The notes: generated by a model from the letters alone, not told the origin. A stretch of DNA of 64,000 bases from Armatimonadota bacterium (GCA_041690135.1 JAWLHY010000011.1:64001-128000); one strand, 5' to 3'. Positions 48,773-59,001 are shown, counted from the first letter of the stretch. Program-made: numbers and translations.

Positions 48773-49558
48773 ATGGTAGAGCATTCGCACGGTGCTGCAG
48801 CAATGGCTGATCCGGTCGCAGATGTGCCCGCTAACCCACTCGTGGGTCGAGGCGAACGACTTGCCCAGGGCCTGGCGGATGACCGAGAACGACGCGAAAG
48901 GCTTCGCAGGAAGCTGGCGCGGCAACTCGCCTGGGGAAGAGGTGTGGAGTCTTACGGAAGGAACGGCTGTACGGTCGTCGGGTTCGGGATTGCGCTGTTT
49001 TGGGTCTCCTTTTTGGCAGCGTCTGCAGGCATCCTCCCCGGGGCCCTGGGGCTAATGACGGCCGGTTGCCTTTACGGAACGTTCGGATTCCTGGTGGGAG
49101 GCCCGGTCCTGGTTGCCGCGGGCCGGGGGTGGCGCCGGTGGGTCATGCGCCGCGCGAACTCACTGGCGATCGAGGACTTGAGCTTCTGCGCTGGTCCCGG
49201 ACCCCAGCGCCCTGAGTTCTCGTCGGTGCCGTCCACCGCGCGGGCACTCCAGAAGATAATCGACGAGGCCTATGTTGCCGAGGTCCGCAATGTTGATGAC
49301 TGTGTCCGGCTCTGCCTTCTCATGCTGGGTCTTCTCCTGCTGACCGTCATTTGCGTGCTGGTGGAAGTCCGCCTCGCCTCACTTGGTTCCTCCGCCTTCC
49401 CGCTCACGGGGGTGATAAGCGTGTCCCTGGTGTTCCTTGCGCATTTCCTGCTACCGGTTGTGGCGGCCTGGCGGGTCGGTTGCTGGTGGACGCGGAAGCG
49501 GCTTTTACGTGAGGCGGCGGCGGAAGGGCGCGAGGTTTATGATCCAGCCGCGCGTTGA
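48773..49558 (+). CDS. Hypothetical 4-TM membrane protein (paralog B)
   Basis: AGGAGAG RBS; tandem paralog of 48000..48755. Confidence 0.75.
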   Translation: MVEHSHGAAAMADPVADVPANPLVGRGERLAQGLADDRERRERLRRKLARQLAWGRGVESYGRNGCTVVGFGIALFWVSFLAASAGILPGALGLMTAGCLYGTFGFLVGGPVLVAAGRGWRRWVMRRANSLAIEDLSFCAGPGPQRPEFSSVPSTARALQKIIDEAYVAEVRNVDDCVRLCLLMLGLLLLTVICVLVEVRLASLGSSAFPLTGVISVSLVFLAHFLLPVVAAWRVGCWWTRKRLLREAAAEGREVYDPAAR

Positions 49559-50108
49559 GGGGATGGCGGACAACAGCCGCGTTCTGCCACCTCTCCGGGG
49601 GGAGACCAGTGCCAAGACGGTTACAGCGCAGTGCATCCCATCACCCCTTCGGGGTACCTGGACGTGGGCCTGCAGCAGATCAAATGGAGGTCACGTTGGA
49701 GATCCGTGCCACGCGACCGCCGCGGCACCGTGTGCAAGGTGGGAAATGGATAACCGCAGTCGCGATCTCCGCAGGCGTAACGGGCGCGGGCCGTGACCAA
49801 GGCGTGAACGAGTTGCACCCCGAGCGCGTACCGTGACTCACGGGGACAAGCCCCTCTGCTACCTTCCGTCTTCTGTACGGAGTTGGGGAGACGAAAGGTA
49901 GCTGTCAATTGTTCCGAATTCTGTAGCGGACCTCACGCATCACGGGCTTTTCCCTGTTCGAGGCTGCAGTCGTGTCTCCAGGACTGCCCTGCGCGAGCGC
50001 CGCCCATTACGCATCACTCCTCCCTGTTCGAGGCAACTGCCATGCCTCCCACCTGCCCCATGCACGAGCAACACGCATTTCGCTCCCCCTGAGATAACTG
50101 AGGTGCAA

Positions 50109-51344
50109 ATGAGCACCGCACCTGCCCTCGATCTTTCTCGGAGTTCCTCTCCCGCCGTTCCCGCTTTTAGCGGGAACGCGCACATCCACCTGCCCCCGAA
50201 CTTCTCCGCGTTCGACAGCGTGGAGCAGGCGGTGGGGCTCGCCGCGGCCCAGGGCCTGAGATTCCTGGGGGCGAGCAACTACTACGACTACACGGTGTAC
50301 CAGGAGTTCGGTGAGCGGGCGCGGGAGGCGGGAATCTACCCCCTCTACGGCCTGGAGATCATCGCGCTGCTGGAGGACCTGCAGGAGGCGGGGGTCAAGA
50401 TCAACGACCCCGGCAACCCCGGCAAGCTGTACCTCTGCGGGAAGGGGATCACCCGGTTTGCGCCCATGACGGGGGAGGCCGTGACGCTGCTGAACGCGAT
50501 CCGCGAGGCCGATTCCCAGCGGATGGCGCGCATGGCGGAGCGGCTGAACGCGGTGTTCGCCGCCGCGGGCCTGGACCTGGGACTGGACGAGGCCGCCGTG
50601 AAGGAGCGCATCGTGGCGCGGCATGGCAGCCCGCTGGAGACGGTCTACCTCCAGGAGCGGCACCTGGCGCAGGCGTTCCAGGAAGTGCTGTTCGAGCGGG
50701 TGCCGGAAGCGGAACGGGCGGCGGCCCTGGAGCGACTGTTCGGCACGGCCGCGAAGAAACCGAACGACCCGGTGAGCGTGCAGAACGAGATCCGCAGCCA
50801 CCTGATGAAGGCGGGAAAGCCGGCCTACGAGCGGGAGACGTTCGTCGGCTTCGACCACGCCTACCGGCTGGTGCTGGCGCTGGGCGGGATCCCCTGCTAT
50901 CCCACGCTGGCGGACGGCGCCTCGCCGATCTGCGCCTTCGAGGAGCCGGTGGAGGCGCTCACCTCCGCACTCCGGAAATGGGGCATCCACTGCGCGGAGT
51001 TCATCCCGCTGCGCAACCACCCGGAAGTGCTGTGCCGCTACGTGCGGGCGATGCGCGAGGCCGGAATGGTGGTCACCGCCGGCACGGAGCACAACACCCT
51101 CGACCTGGTCCCCATGGAGCCGACCTGCCTCGGCGGTGCGCCGGTCCCGGATGACCTCCAGGCGATCTTCCGCGAAGGCGCCTGCGTGGTCGCCGCGCAC
51201 CAGCACCTCGTCGCCCAGGGCGAGCATGGCTTCGTCGACCCCGGCGGCCAGCCCCACCCCGGCTACGCCACGGACGAAGAGCGCATCCGGGCCTTCGCCA
51301 CCCTCGGCGCTACGTTGATCCAAGGGAAATCCGAACCGGATTAA
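50109..51344 (+). CDS. PHP-domain metal-dependent phosphoesterase-like protein
   Basis: NAHIH; GLEI; GTEHN PHP-type metal ligands. Confidence 0.8.
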   Translation: MSTAPALDLSRSSSPAVPAFSGNAHIHLPPNFSAFDSVEQAVGLAAAQGLRFLGASNYYDYTVYQEFGERAREAGIYPLYGLEIIALLEDLQEAGVKINDPGNPGKLYLCGKGITRFAPMTGEAVTLLNAIREADSQRMARMAERLNAVFAAAGLDLGLDEAAVKERIVARHGSPLETVYLQERHLAQAFQEVLFERVPEAERAAALERLFGTAAKKPNDPVSVQNEIRSHLMKAGKPAYERETFVGFDHAYRLVLALGGIPCYPTLADGASPICAFEEPVEALTSALRKWGIHCAEFIPLRNHPEVLCRYVRAMREAGMVVTAGTEHNTLDLVPMEPTCLGGAPVPDDLQAIFREGACVVAAHQHLVAQGEHGFVDPGGQPHPGYATDEERIRAFATLGATLIQGKSEPD

Positions 51345-51720
51345 CCGCAGAGACGCTGAGCACGCTGAGGTAACGCAGAGGGGAAAGAGAGAGTTGGGTA
51401 AGGGCAATCATTCGACGCCAACGGTAAGCCAGATCAATGTCCAGGAACCAATCAGTTGGGATTGACAGCCGCGAGTATTTGTCTCAACGCAGAATTGCGA
51501 TGCGTACCGGTTGGGCTACAACCACTCTCCGATAGAACACCATTGCCCGCCGGGTACTCGCACGCAGCGCACAGCCGTTCATGGCTCGACTTGCCTCTTC
51601 TCGACTGTTACCGCCGGCGGAACTCCCGTCTACAAATCTCATTGAGGTTCGTTTTTCTCTTCTCCTCTGCGTCACCTCAGCGTCCTCTGCGTCTCTGCGG
51701 TTAATTCGGTTCCGGTTCCC
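51324..51720. repeat. Long inverted repeats (about 65-bp arms at 51324..51391 and 51652..51720) around a ~260-bp spacer
   Basis: ATTAACCGCAGAGACGC.GAG.ACGCTGAGGT.ACGCAGAGG in inverted orientation at both ends. Confidence 0.85.
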
Positions 51721-51725
51721 CTCGC

Positions 51726-53564
51726 TCACGGGAGGGCGAAGGCGACGAAGGCGTCGCCGGTGTGGGGGCCGTAGAACTTGCCGCCGCCGGCCGCGATGAC
51801 CACGTATTGCTTGCCGTCCACCGTGTAGGTGCAGGGGGCGGCGAAGCCGGGGGCCGGGAGGGCGTGCTGCCAGAGGGTTTCGCCGGTGGCGCTGTCGAAG
51901 GCGCGGATGCGGGAGTCCTTGGTGGCGGCGATGAAGACGAGGTTGCCGGCCGTGACCAGCGAGCCCCCCAGGTTGGGCGTGCCGGTAGGCGGGATCCCCT
52001 TCGCGGTCAGCTCGGGGAATTCCCCCAGCACCTTCGACCACCGGTACCGGCCGGTGTCCAGGTTCACCGCCAGCAGCTTGCCCCAGGGCGGCTTCACGCC
52101 GGGGTAGCCGTTCTGGTCGCGGAACCACTGGTAGGTGAACCCGCCGGTGCCGTCGCGGTTCATCTCGATGATCGCGGGCTCCTCGTTGGAGTTGAAGTAG
52201 AGGGTGCGGGTGCGGGGATCGAACGAGCCGCCGCTCCAGGGGGAGCCGCCGAAATAGCCGGGTGCGGTCACGGTCCCTTCCGGGGTGGGGGCCTCGTACT
52301 TCCGACCGGAGCGCAGCTTGCGGAACTTCTCCCGCATGAAGGCTTTGGTCTCTGGGGTGATGTCGGAGAGGTCCGCTTCCGTCACGATCTGCAGCGCGTA
52401 GGGGGCGGGCAGCTCCGGCTCCGGCTGGGTGGGCCACGCCTTCTCGCCCAGGATCTCGGAGGCGGGCGCGGGGACCTCGCGGACCGGGAAGAGCGGCTTT
52501 CCGGTCTTGCGGTCGAGCAGGAAGAGAAGGCCGCGCTTGGTGAGCTGCGCCACGGCGTCGACGTTCTTTCCCTTCCGCCGGACGGTGCAGAGGAGTGGTT
52601 GGCTGGCGTTGTCCCAGTCCCACAGGTCGTGGTGCGTCGTCTGGAAGTGCCAGAGGCGCTTGCCGGTCTTGGCGTCCAGGGCCAGGACGCAGTTCCCGAA
52701 CAGGTTCGCGCCCAGCCGCTTTCCGCCGTAGAAGTCGCCGGTCGGCGAGCCGGTGGCGGCGAAGAGGATGCCCCACTTCTCGTCCAGGGTGAAGCCGTTC
52801 CACGGGTTGGCGCCGCCGCTCACCTCCCGCCCGCCGTTCTCCCAGGTCTCGCTGCCGAACTCGCCCTTTTCCGGGATGACATGGAACCGCCAGGCAAGCT
52901 TGCCCGTGGGGATGTGGAAGGCGAGGATATCGCCGGGATAGGCGCCGTACCCCTCGCCGGTGGCGGGCCCGAGGAAGGCGAGGTCGCGGTAGACCATGGG
53001 TGGGGCGGAGAAGCCGATGTAGGCGTTCTTCCAGCGCTCCTCCACCCGGTCGCGGACCTCCACGCCCCGCGGGCCGTAGACGGGGTCCGGCTGCCCGGTG
53101 GCGGCATCCACGCTGACCAGGCGGCCGTCCGGCGTGCCCATCAGGATCCGCCGCTTGCCGTTCCGCTTCCCGTCGGACCAGTAGGCCACCCCGCGGTTGG
53201 AGATCCGGTGCCCGCTCCGCTTCGGATCGACGCCGGTCCGGAACCGCCACTTCTCTTTTCCCGTGGCGGGATCGAGCGCGGCGATCTCGGCCTGGACCGT
53301 GCTCACGTACATCACGCCGTCGACCACGATAGGGGTGCACTGGAGGGGTCGCTGCCCATCCGAATCGCCGGTGTGGTAGGTCCAGGCCACGGCGAGGTCC
53401 TTCACGTTGCCGCGGTGGATCTGCGCCAGGGTGGAGAACCGTTTCGCGCCGGGATCGTTGCCGAAATACGGCCACCCCTGATTGCGCGGCGCCCCACTGG
53501 CCAGCGAGGTAGCCAGGCAAGCCGCCACTCCACATCCGATTCCCGTCGCCCATCCACTCCGCAT
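51726..53564 (-). CDS. PQQ-dependent dehydrogenase (quinoprotein glucose dehydrogenase-like)
   Basis: WHFQTTHHDLWDWD; KPPWG; TGTPNLGG; GKQYVVIAAGGG. Confidence 0.93.
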   Translation of the reverse strand: MRSGWATGIGCGVAACLATSLASGAPRNQGWPYFGNDPGAKRFSTLAQIHRGNVKDLAVAWTYHTGDSDGQRPLQCTPIVVDGVMYVSTVQAEIAALDPATGKEKWRFRTGVDPKRSGHRISNRGVAYWSDGKRNGKRRILMGTPDGRLVSVDAATGQPDPVYGPRGVEVRDRVEERWKNAYIGFSAPPMVYRDLAFLGPATGEGYGAYPGDILAFHIPTGKLAWRFHVIPEKGEFGSETWENGGREVSGGANPWNGFTLDEKWGILFAATGSPTGDFYGGKRLGANLFGNCVLALDAKTGKRLWHFQTTHHDLWDWDNASQPLLCTVRRKGKNVDAVAQLTKRGLLFLLDRKTGKPLFPVREVPAPASEILGEKAWPTQPEPELPAPYALQIVTEADLSDITPETKAFMREKFRKLRSGRKYEAPTPEGTVTAPGYFGGSPWSGGSFDPRTRTLYFNSNEEPAIIEMNRDGTGGFTYQWFRDQNGYPGVKPPWGKLLAVNLDTGRYRWSKVLGEFPELTAKGIPPTGTPNLGGSLVTAGNLVFIAATKDSRIRAFDSATGETLWQHALPAPGFAAPCTYTVDGKQYVVIAAGGGKFYGPHTGDAFVAFALP

Positions 53565-53726
53565 CGGTCACACCTTTTCCTCGAGATCGACTCCTGAAGG
53601 GCGACTTCGCTGCGGGGCGCCGAAACCCCTCCCGCTATGCGGAGTAAGATGAGGACGGCGATTAGGAAGTGGCCGGGGGCTTGAGAGGGTGGCGGGCCGG
53701 AAGGGTTCGCGCCTCCCGGCCAATTG

Positions 53727-55223
53727 CTAATGTCCCGTCGTAACCGGCGTGGGTGCGTTGCCCTGGGCGAGGCATTCCCGCATGCGGGCGGGGAGTTCGT
53801 GCCGAAGGCAGCGGGCCACTTCCTCGTGGGTTTCGCCCAGGACAATCACCCCGATCCGGGACCCGCCCTGGAGCGACGATGGGTTGAAGAAGATAAGCCG
53901 GCCTTCTCCCGTGCGGTGGTCGTATAGCTCGGGCTCGAAGCGCTCGAGCAGATCGACAAACGCAAGCCGGTCCATGCCGGGCATCACCCATTCGCGCGTG
54001 GCGTAGGGCTGTTGGGTCCAGTCCCCGAAAAGACGGTTCACCAGGTTCATCGGCAGGGAGGTGCCGCCCCACCGGCCGTTGCACTCGATCAGCTCCAGGC
54101 GGCACGTTTCCGCCTCGCTCCCCACCAGCAGCGCGTCGAACGAGCAGCGGCCCGCGTAGCCCAATTGCTGATACAGCAGGCCCAGCAGCCAGGTCCGGTT
54201 CACCATAAGCCGCTCCAGTGCCGCGGGGAGGCGGGTCGGGCGGCATCCGGCGAACACGGTGCCGCTGGTGATGACCTGCTCGAACAGACCTTCGACCAGC
54301 GGCGGCCCCTGTTCCGACGGCGGAATCCAGAGCTGCGCGGAAGGGGCGGCGAGCACCGGGCTTTCCCAGGCGCTGACCAGCATGCAGGTCTCTCCGTGCT
54401 CGGGGAAGTCCCACAACTCCTCCTGGAGCTTTTCGCGGATGGCGTGCAGGGAGGCGCCGCGGAACGGCTCCGTCTCGAGCACCAGGTTGCCGCCGCCTCC
54501 CGCGGAGTTCGGGAGCTTCAGCACCAGGCGGTCCGCTTTCTCGCTGATCTCACGTACATGTTCGGCCAACCACGCCAGGTTGCCGGCCGCCTCCGTGGGC
54601 GGCAGGGCCGCCTCGCCGAAGAGACGCTCCACTGTGCGGGCGAAACCGGCTTTGTTATTGACCCAGAGGCTGATCTCCGGAAGCGGTCCCACGACGTGGA
54701 GCGGCTGACGGGCCGCGTCGTGCAGCAGCGTCGCCAGTTCCCACGTCGAGAAGGTGCCCATGTGGGGGTGGAGGTACTGCAGGCGCCCATCCTGGAGGGC
54801 TTGCGTGAGGGTAGCGCGCACGCGTTGATCCTGCCAGCAGTTCAAGGCGAGATGCGTGGACTCGCCTCGCGGGTGCAGCCATTCCACGGACCCCAGGCCC
54901 AGCCAGTCGCGACAGTAAGCTTCGTAGCCGTCGGGAGGCGGCGCGTGCGTGACCACGAGATCCCCGTCCGCGGCGCGCATCCGGGCGCGGTCCTGGTAGC
55001 AGGAGAGATCGCGACCTTCCTCCCCCCAGCGGATTTCGCCCAGGTCATCCAGCACGAGGCTGCAGCCGTCTTTCAGCGCCGACGGCCGGTGCGGAGCGAA
55101 CTGCGCGTCGCGCTCCAGCTCGGGCAACTCTTCCCGGAGCTCCGCCGCCAGGGCCTCGACACGCCGCAGGTCCGCGGGATTCACATCCGGCGTATGGTGG
55201 GGAACGATCACGACCCCTTGCAT
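53727..55223 (-). CDS. Pre-ATP-grasp + ATP-grasp peptide ligase (PGM1-related)
   Basis: VNNKAGF; LKLPNSAGGGGN; CSFDALL; IECNGRWGGTS. Confidence 0.82.
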   Translation of the reverse strand: MQGVVIVPHHTPDVNPADLRRVEALAAELREELPELERDAQFAPHRPSALKDGCSLVLDDLGEIRWGEEGRDLSCYQDRARMRAADGDLVVTHAPPPDGYEAYCRDWLGLGSVEWLHPRGESTHLALNCWQDQRVRATLTQALQDGRLQYLHPHMGTFSTWELATLLHDAARQPLHVVGPLPEISLWVNNKAGFARTVERLFGEAALPPTEAAGNLAWLAEHVREISEKADRLVLKLPNSAGGGGNLVLETEPFRGASLHAIREKLQEELWDFPEHGETCMLVSAWESPVLAAPSAQLWIPPSEQGPPLVEGLFEQVITSGTVFAGCRPTRLPAALERLMVNRTWLLGLLYQQLGYAGRCSFDALLVGSEAETCRLELIECNGRWGGTSLPMNLVNRLFGDWTQQPYATREWVMPGMDRLAFVDLLERFEPELYDHRTGEGRLIFFNPSSLQGGSRIGVIVLGETHEEVARCLRHELPARMRECLAQGNAPTPVTTGH

Positions 55224-55253
55224 TGCTCCCTCCTCCCCTCCCGCTTCTTCATT

Positions 55254-56102
55254 TCAATTTGCCGTCCCTATCGGCACGATACGGGTATGGACCGATCCGT
55301 CCACGACCACCACGCTCCGATCGGGGACCTCCTGCCACTCCTCGTGCGAGATCGGCTCCGACGCGACGATCACCGCCCGGTACGGAAACCCCGGCGTGTG
55401 ATGCACGTGCGGAATGCCGCAAATCTCGCAGTCCCGTATGCCGTCCCGTTCTACCCAATAAAGGGTGTGGTTCCACCGGGTAGCGATGAGGTAGTGACCA
55501 TCGGTCAGCAGGAAGTTGAGACGCGGGGTCTCCGTGGGGTCCGCTTCTGCACACCAGCCGGCCAGTTCAGCGACGGCCGTGCCGAGCAACTCGGCCAGGG
55601 GCGGAAGCGTATCCGCCGGCCGCTCCGGGCTGATGCCCGCTCGCTCCATGCGGGCGAGGAGCCAGTAGAACGCCAGTTCGCTATCGGTGGTCCCGCGGCG
55701 GAGGGCGCACAGGTGGGGAGGAATCTCGTCTTCCATGCGAGGAGCCACGTGTTCGAAGCCGGTAACCGTGCCGTTGTGGGCGAAGATCCAGGGACCATGG
55801 GTGAACGGGTGTGTGTTCGCGATCTGCGGCTGGCCGACCGTGGCCTTCCGCACGTGCGCGATCACGGTCTCGGAGAAGACCCGCTCCGCCGCCATGCCGA
55901 AGTGCAGGTCGGCGTGGGCGGCCGCGGCCCGGCGCTCCACGGCGGGCGCGTTGCTCCGGTAGAAGCCGATGCCCCAGCCGTCCGAGTGGGAAATTCCCCG
56001 CATATCGCCGCGGCTCTGAATCAATAGCGCGTTCTGCGCCCGGGCGAGGGTGCACTCGACCTTCGTCTCCTCATTCGACCGGAACCCGTAGAGCCGGCAC
56101 AT
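55254..56102 (-). CDS. Class II (Ntn) glutamine amidotransferase, EgtC/Dug3-like
   Basis: N-terminal MCRL; DGWG; AHVRKAT; NTHPF; HNG; TDSE; ASEP. Confidence 0.93.
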   Translation of the reverse strand: MCRLYGFRSNEETKVECTLARAQNALLIQSRGDMRGISHSDGWGIGFYRSNAPAVERRAAAAHADLHFGMAAERVFSETVIAHVRKATVGQPQIANTHPFTHGPWIFAHNGTVTGFEHVAPRMEDEIPPHLCALRRGTTDSELAFYWLLARMERAGISPERPADTLPPLAELLGTAVAELAGWCAEADPTETPRLNFLLTDGHYLIATRWNHTLYWVERDGIRDCEICGIPHVHHTPGFPYRAVIVASEPISHEEWQEVPDRSVVVVDGSVHTRIVPIGTAN

Positions 56103-56105
56103 GGC

Positions 56106-56621
56106 TTATTCCCCCCGGGTAGCCGTGGCCGTCGGAAGCTCCCGGTGCGGCAGCTCGCTCCAGCGTCGCCCCCGCTCTCGGAACGCCAGGAGCCGCTCCA
56201 GGAGTCGCGCTTGGTCCTGGGCATCGAGGGTTGTCACGTGGCTCACCAGCGTCCCGCAGCTCAGGACATGCTCGAAGGCCGTCTGCAAGCCCCGGAGCAG
56301 GCGCGTTCGCTCCCCATCGGAGAACGGTTCCGCCGCTTCTTTCCCCAGCAGCGCCTTCACGACCTCCTGCCCTTCGTGGTGTTCGGCGTACAGCATCGCG
56401 GTGTCTTCTGCGCCCAGCATGCGAGCCACCTGCGGATAGAACACCTTCTCCTCGAATTCCATGTGCGGCCCGGCCACGCGGTCCAGCTCCTGCGCCCGTG
56501 CGGACGCCTCGGCGAGGGTGCCCCGCTCGACCGCGTCGCGCAGGCCGACCAGCGCGCGGGTGACCTTCTGGTGGTCTTCGATAAACGCCTGCGCCAGGGG
56601 CGATTCGCAATGAGGATGCAT
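56106..56621 (-). CDS. Hemerythrin (HHE) domain protein
   Basis: EDH; HMEFEEKVFYP; AEH. Confidence 0.85.
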   Translation of the reverse strand: MHPHCESPLAQAFIEDHQKVTRALVGLRDAVERGTLAEASARAQELDRVAGPHMEFEEKVFYPQVARMLGAEDTAMLYAEHHEGQEVVKALLGKEAAEPFSDGERTRLLRGLQTAFEHVLSCGTLVSHVTTLDAQDQARLLERLLAFRERGRRWSELPHRELPTATATRGE

Positions 56622-56788
56622 GGCTCTACTCCAGGGATGCCGGGAAAGACCTTGTTCACCCGGTTCCAGGGTCTCCCCCAGGCCCGTGGGTGAAACAGGA
56701 ATGGCGATTGTGTAGTATTTTAGATGATTTGACCCGATTGGTGAAGTGACCTGCCTGGAAGAGTAACGGGCGAAGACACGCGGGAAAA

Positions 56789-56862
56789 GATGAAGGATGA
56801 GGGATGAAGGATGAGGGATGAAGGATGAGGGAGCACTGGAAGGATGAAGGATGAAGGATGAA
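56789..56862 (+). repeat. GGATGA(A/G) heptamer tandem repeat
   Basis: About 9 copies in two blocks. Confidence 0.9.
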
Positions 56863-56894
56863 AGCCTGACCACCCGAACACCCGGAGTGATCGG

Positions 56895-57069
56895 CTGCAG
56901 TTGCACTGCAGTCGGCGGGTGCCCCTTGGGCGATCGTGCGCAGTTGCACTGCGCCGCTCCTGACTTGGGGCCGGAACTTGCGATCTCAGTGATCCGGGAC
57001 GACTGCGAGACCACAGGCTTCCGCAGTGCAACTGCGGACGAAATAGTTCACGGGCAGTGCAACTGCCCG
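56895..57069. repeat. Four REP-like palindromes with core GCAGT-TGC-ACTGC (two forward, two reverse)
   Basis: Copies at about 56895, 56938, 57020 and 57051; outer stems differ but stay complementary. Confidence 0.8.
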
Positions 57070-57089
57070 CGATCGACTTTCCCGACAAC

Positions 57090-57176
57090 GTCCCGAACAC
57101 CTGATCACCCGAACACCGGCGGACGGGACGTCCGCGCTCCTGCACCGCGCCCAATGCCCAACGCCTAATGCCCAAT
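57090..57176. repeat. Inverted homolog of the 27183..27280 repeat
   Basis: GCGGACGGGACGTCCGCGCTCC plus GCCCAAT/GCCTAAT heptamers. Confidence 0.7.
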
Positions 57177-57279
57177 CCATACAGGAGGTCCGAGGCGCGA
57201 CGGCCAACCCTCTTCCGGGAGAAAGCAGAGGCGCCCGTGCCTGGTGTCGCCTCTTCCTTGAAGGAAAGCCTGATCGTCC

Positions 57280-58230
57280 ATGAACCTGATGTCTACACTC
57301 AAGGGCTCGCTGCTGGAAGGGTTCTTTCCGGCCGGCTGGGACCTTGCCAAGATCGACGCGCTCGTCTCCGATAACCCCGCCGACCTGGCCCGGAGGGAGA
57401 GTTGGTGGAACCCCGCCTTCGAGCCGGTGGCCTGCGGCTCTCTGGAGGACTTCGAGGTCTACCTGGGCCACGAGATCGCCCGCGAGATCCAGCAGACGGG
57501 CCAGGCGGGGCAGCAACTGGCCATGATTCTGCCCGTCGGCCCAATGGGGATGTACCGGTGGGTGGTCTACTTCCTCAAAGAGTGGAACGTGGACTGCTCG
57601 CACGTCCACGGGTTCAACATGGACGAGTGGGCGGACGCCGAGGGGAACACCCTCGCCTCGGACGACCCCGGCGCCTTCCAGAACGCCATGGAAGGAGCGT
57701 TCTACGGTCCCCTGGGCGCGCGCACCGTCCCGGCGGCGCAGCGGCACTTCGCGCTGAAGGATCAATTGCCGCAGTATGCCGAGCAGATCGGCGCCATCCA
57801 GAAGGAAGGGGGCCGGCTCGTCACCGTGTTCGGCGTGGGGCGCGTTTGTCATATCGCCTTCTGGGAGCCGCATTTCGCCGCGGAGTTCGAGACGGAGGCC
57901 GAGTGGCGCGCGCAGACCCATCGCCTGGGAGCCCGCCTCCACCCGCTGACGATCGAGCAGAACGCCATCACCAGCTTCAAGAGCCGCACCACGCTGGTCC
58001 CCGCCTTCGCGAACACCGTGGGCCCCGGCCTTTTCCTGAACTCCGACCGGATCATCGGCGGCTGCGACGGCACGCTGGGCCGCGGCATGATGTGGCAGGG
58101 CCTCTCCCTCTGGATGACGCTGCACCACGAGCCGTCTACCTGGATCCCCAGCAGCTACATGCCGACCCTTCCCGGCCGCCTGTTCTACCTGGACGAGCTC
58201 GCCGGCCCCCTGGTAGCCGAGTGCAATTAA
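57280..58230 (+). CDS. Glucosamine-6-phosphate isomerase/deaminase (NagB-like) protein
   Basis: ILPVGP..MY; FNMDEW; G.GR..HIAFWEP. Confidence 0.85.
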   Translation: MNLMSTLKGSLLEGFFPAGWDLAKIDALVSDNPADLARRESWWNPAFEPVACGSLEDFEVYLGHEIAREIQQTGQAGQQLAMILPVGPMGMYRWVVYFLKEWNVDCSHVHGFNMDEWADAEGNTLASDDPGAFQNAMEGAFYGPLGARTVPAAQRHFALKDQLPQYAEQIGAIQKEGGRLVTVFGVGRVCHIAFWEPHFAAEFETEAEWRAQTHRLGARLHPLTIEQNAITSFKSRTTLVPAFANTVGPGLFLNSDRIIGGCDGTLGRGMMWQGLSLWMTLHHEPSTWIPSSYMPTLPGRLFYLDELAGPLVAECN

Positions 58231-58236
58231 CAGGGC

Positions 58237-59001
58237 ATGAAGAACACTGTACTTAGCCTATTGGCGCACCCCGACGACGCGGAGTTTCTCTGCGTGGGGA
58301 CCATGGCCCGGTTGGTCCGGGAGCATGGGTGGGAGGCGCATATCGCCACGATGACGCCGGGGGACTGCGGCTCGGCCGAGCTGGGGCCGGAGGAAATCTC
58401 GGGGGTCCGGCGGGCGGAAGGGGCCGCGGCGGCCGCGTTCTTGGGCGCAACCTATCACTGCCTGGAAGAGCGGGATCTATTGGTTTTCTATAACCAGACG
58501 GCGCTCGAGAAGGTGGTTCGGCTGTTCCGGGAGGTGCGGCCGCGGATCGTGATCACGCACAGCCCGGCGGACTACATGCTGGACCACGAGATGACCAGCG
58601 TGCTGGCCCGCGCGGCGGCGTTCGGGGCGCCGATCCGCAACTTCTGCCTGGACCGGGGCCACGCGCCGGCCCTGGAGCACATCCCCCACCTGTACTACGC
58701 GGACCCGATCGAGGGGAAGGATCCCATGGGCCGCACCGTAGAGGCGGGCTTCTGCGTGGATATCACCTCCACGCTCGACCTGAAGCGGGAGATGCTTTGC
58801 GCGCACGCGAGCCAGCGGGAGTGGCTGCTGAAGCACCACGGGATGGACGAGTACGTCACGGCCATGGAAGAGTGGGCCGCGGCGCGCGGGAAGCTCTGCG
58901 GGGTTGCCGCCGCGGAGGGCTTCCGGCAGCACCTCGGCCACAGCTACCCGCAAGACAACCTGCTGGAGGTACTGCTGGGCCGCCCGCAAGGGGGTGCGTA
59001 A
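58237..59001 (+). CDS. PIG-L family (LmbE/BshB-like) N-deacetylase
   Basis: AHPDDAE; ITHSPADY..DH; HASQ; AEGF. Confidence 0.93.
   Translation: MKNTVLSLLAHPDDAEFLCVGTMARLVREHGWEAHIATMTPGDCGSAELGPEEISGVRRAEGAAAAAFLGATYHCLEERDLLVFYNQTALEKVVRLFREVRPRIVITHSPADYMLDHEMTSVLARAAAFGAPIRNFCLDRGHAPALEHIPHLYYADPIEGKDPMGRTVEAGFCVDITSTLDLKREMLCAHASQREWLLKHHGMDEYVTAMEEWAAARGKLCGVAAAEGFRQHLGHSYPQDNLLEVLLGRPQGGA

Noticed and set aside
51484-56027. Long overlapping ORFs (51484..53571, 51762..53597, 54012..56027; likewise 9264..10790, 18003..19406, 38154..39554)
   Set aside because: Shadow ORFs typical of high-GC DNA, overlapping well-supported genes and lacking motifs
55254-56102. Ergothioneine biosynthesis (egtC)
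   Set aside because: No egtA/egtB/egtD nearby; the family is much broader than EgtC
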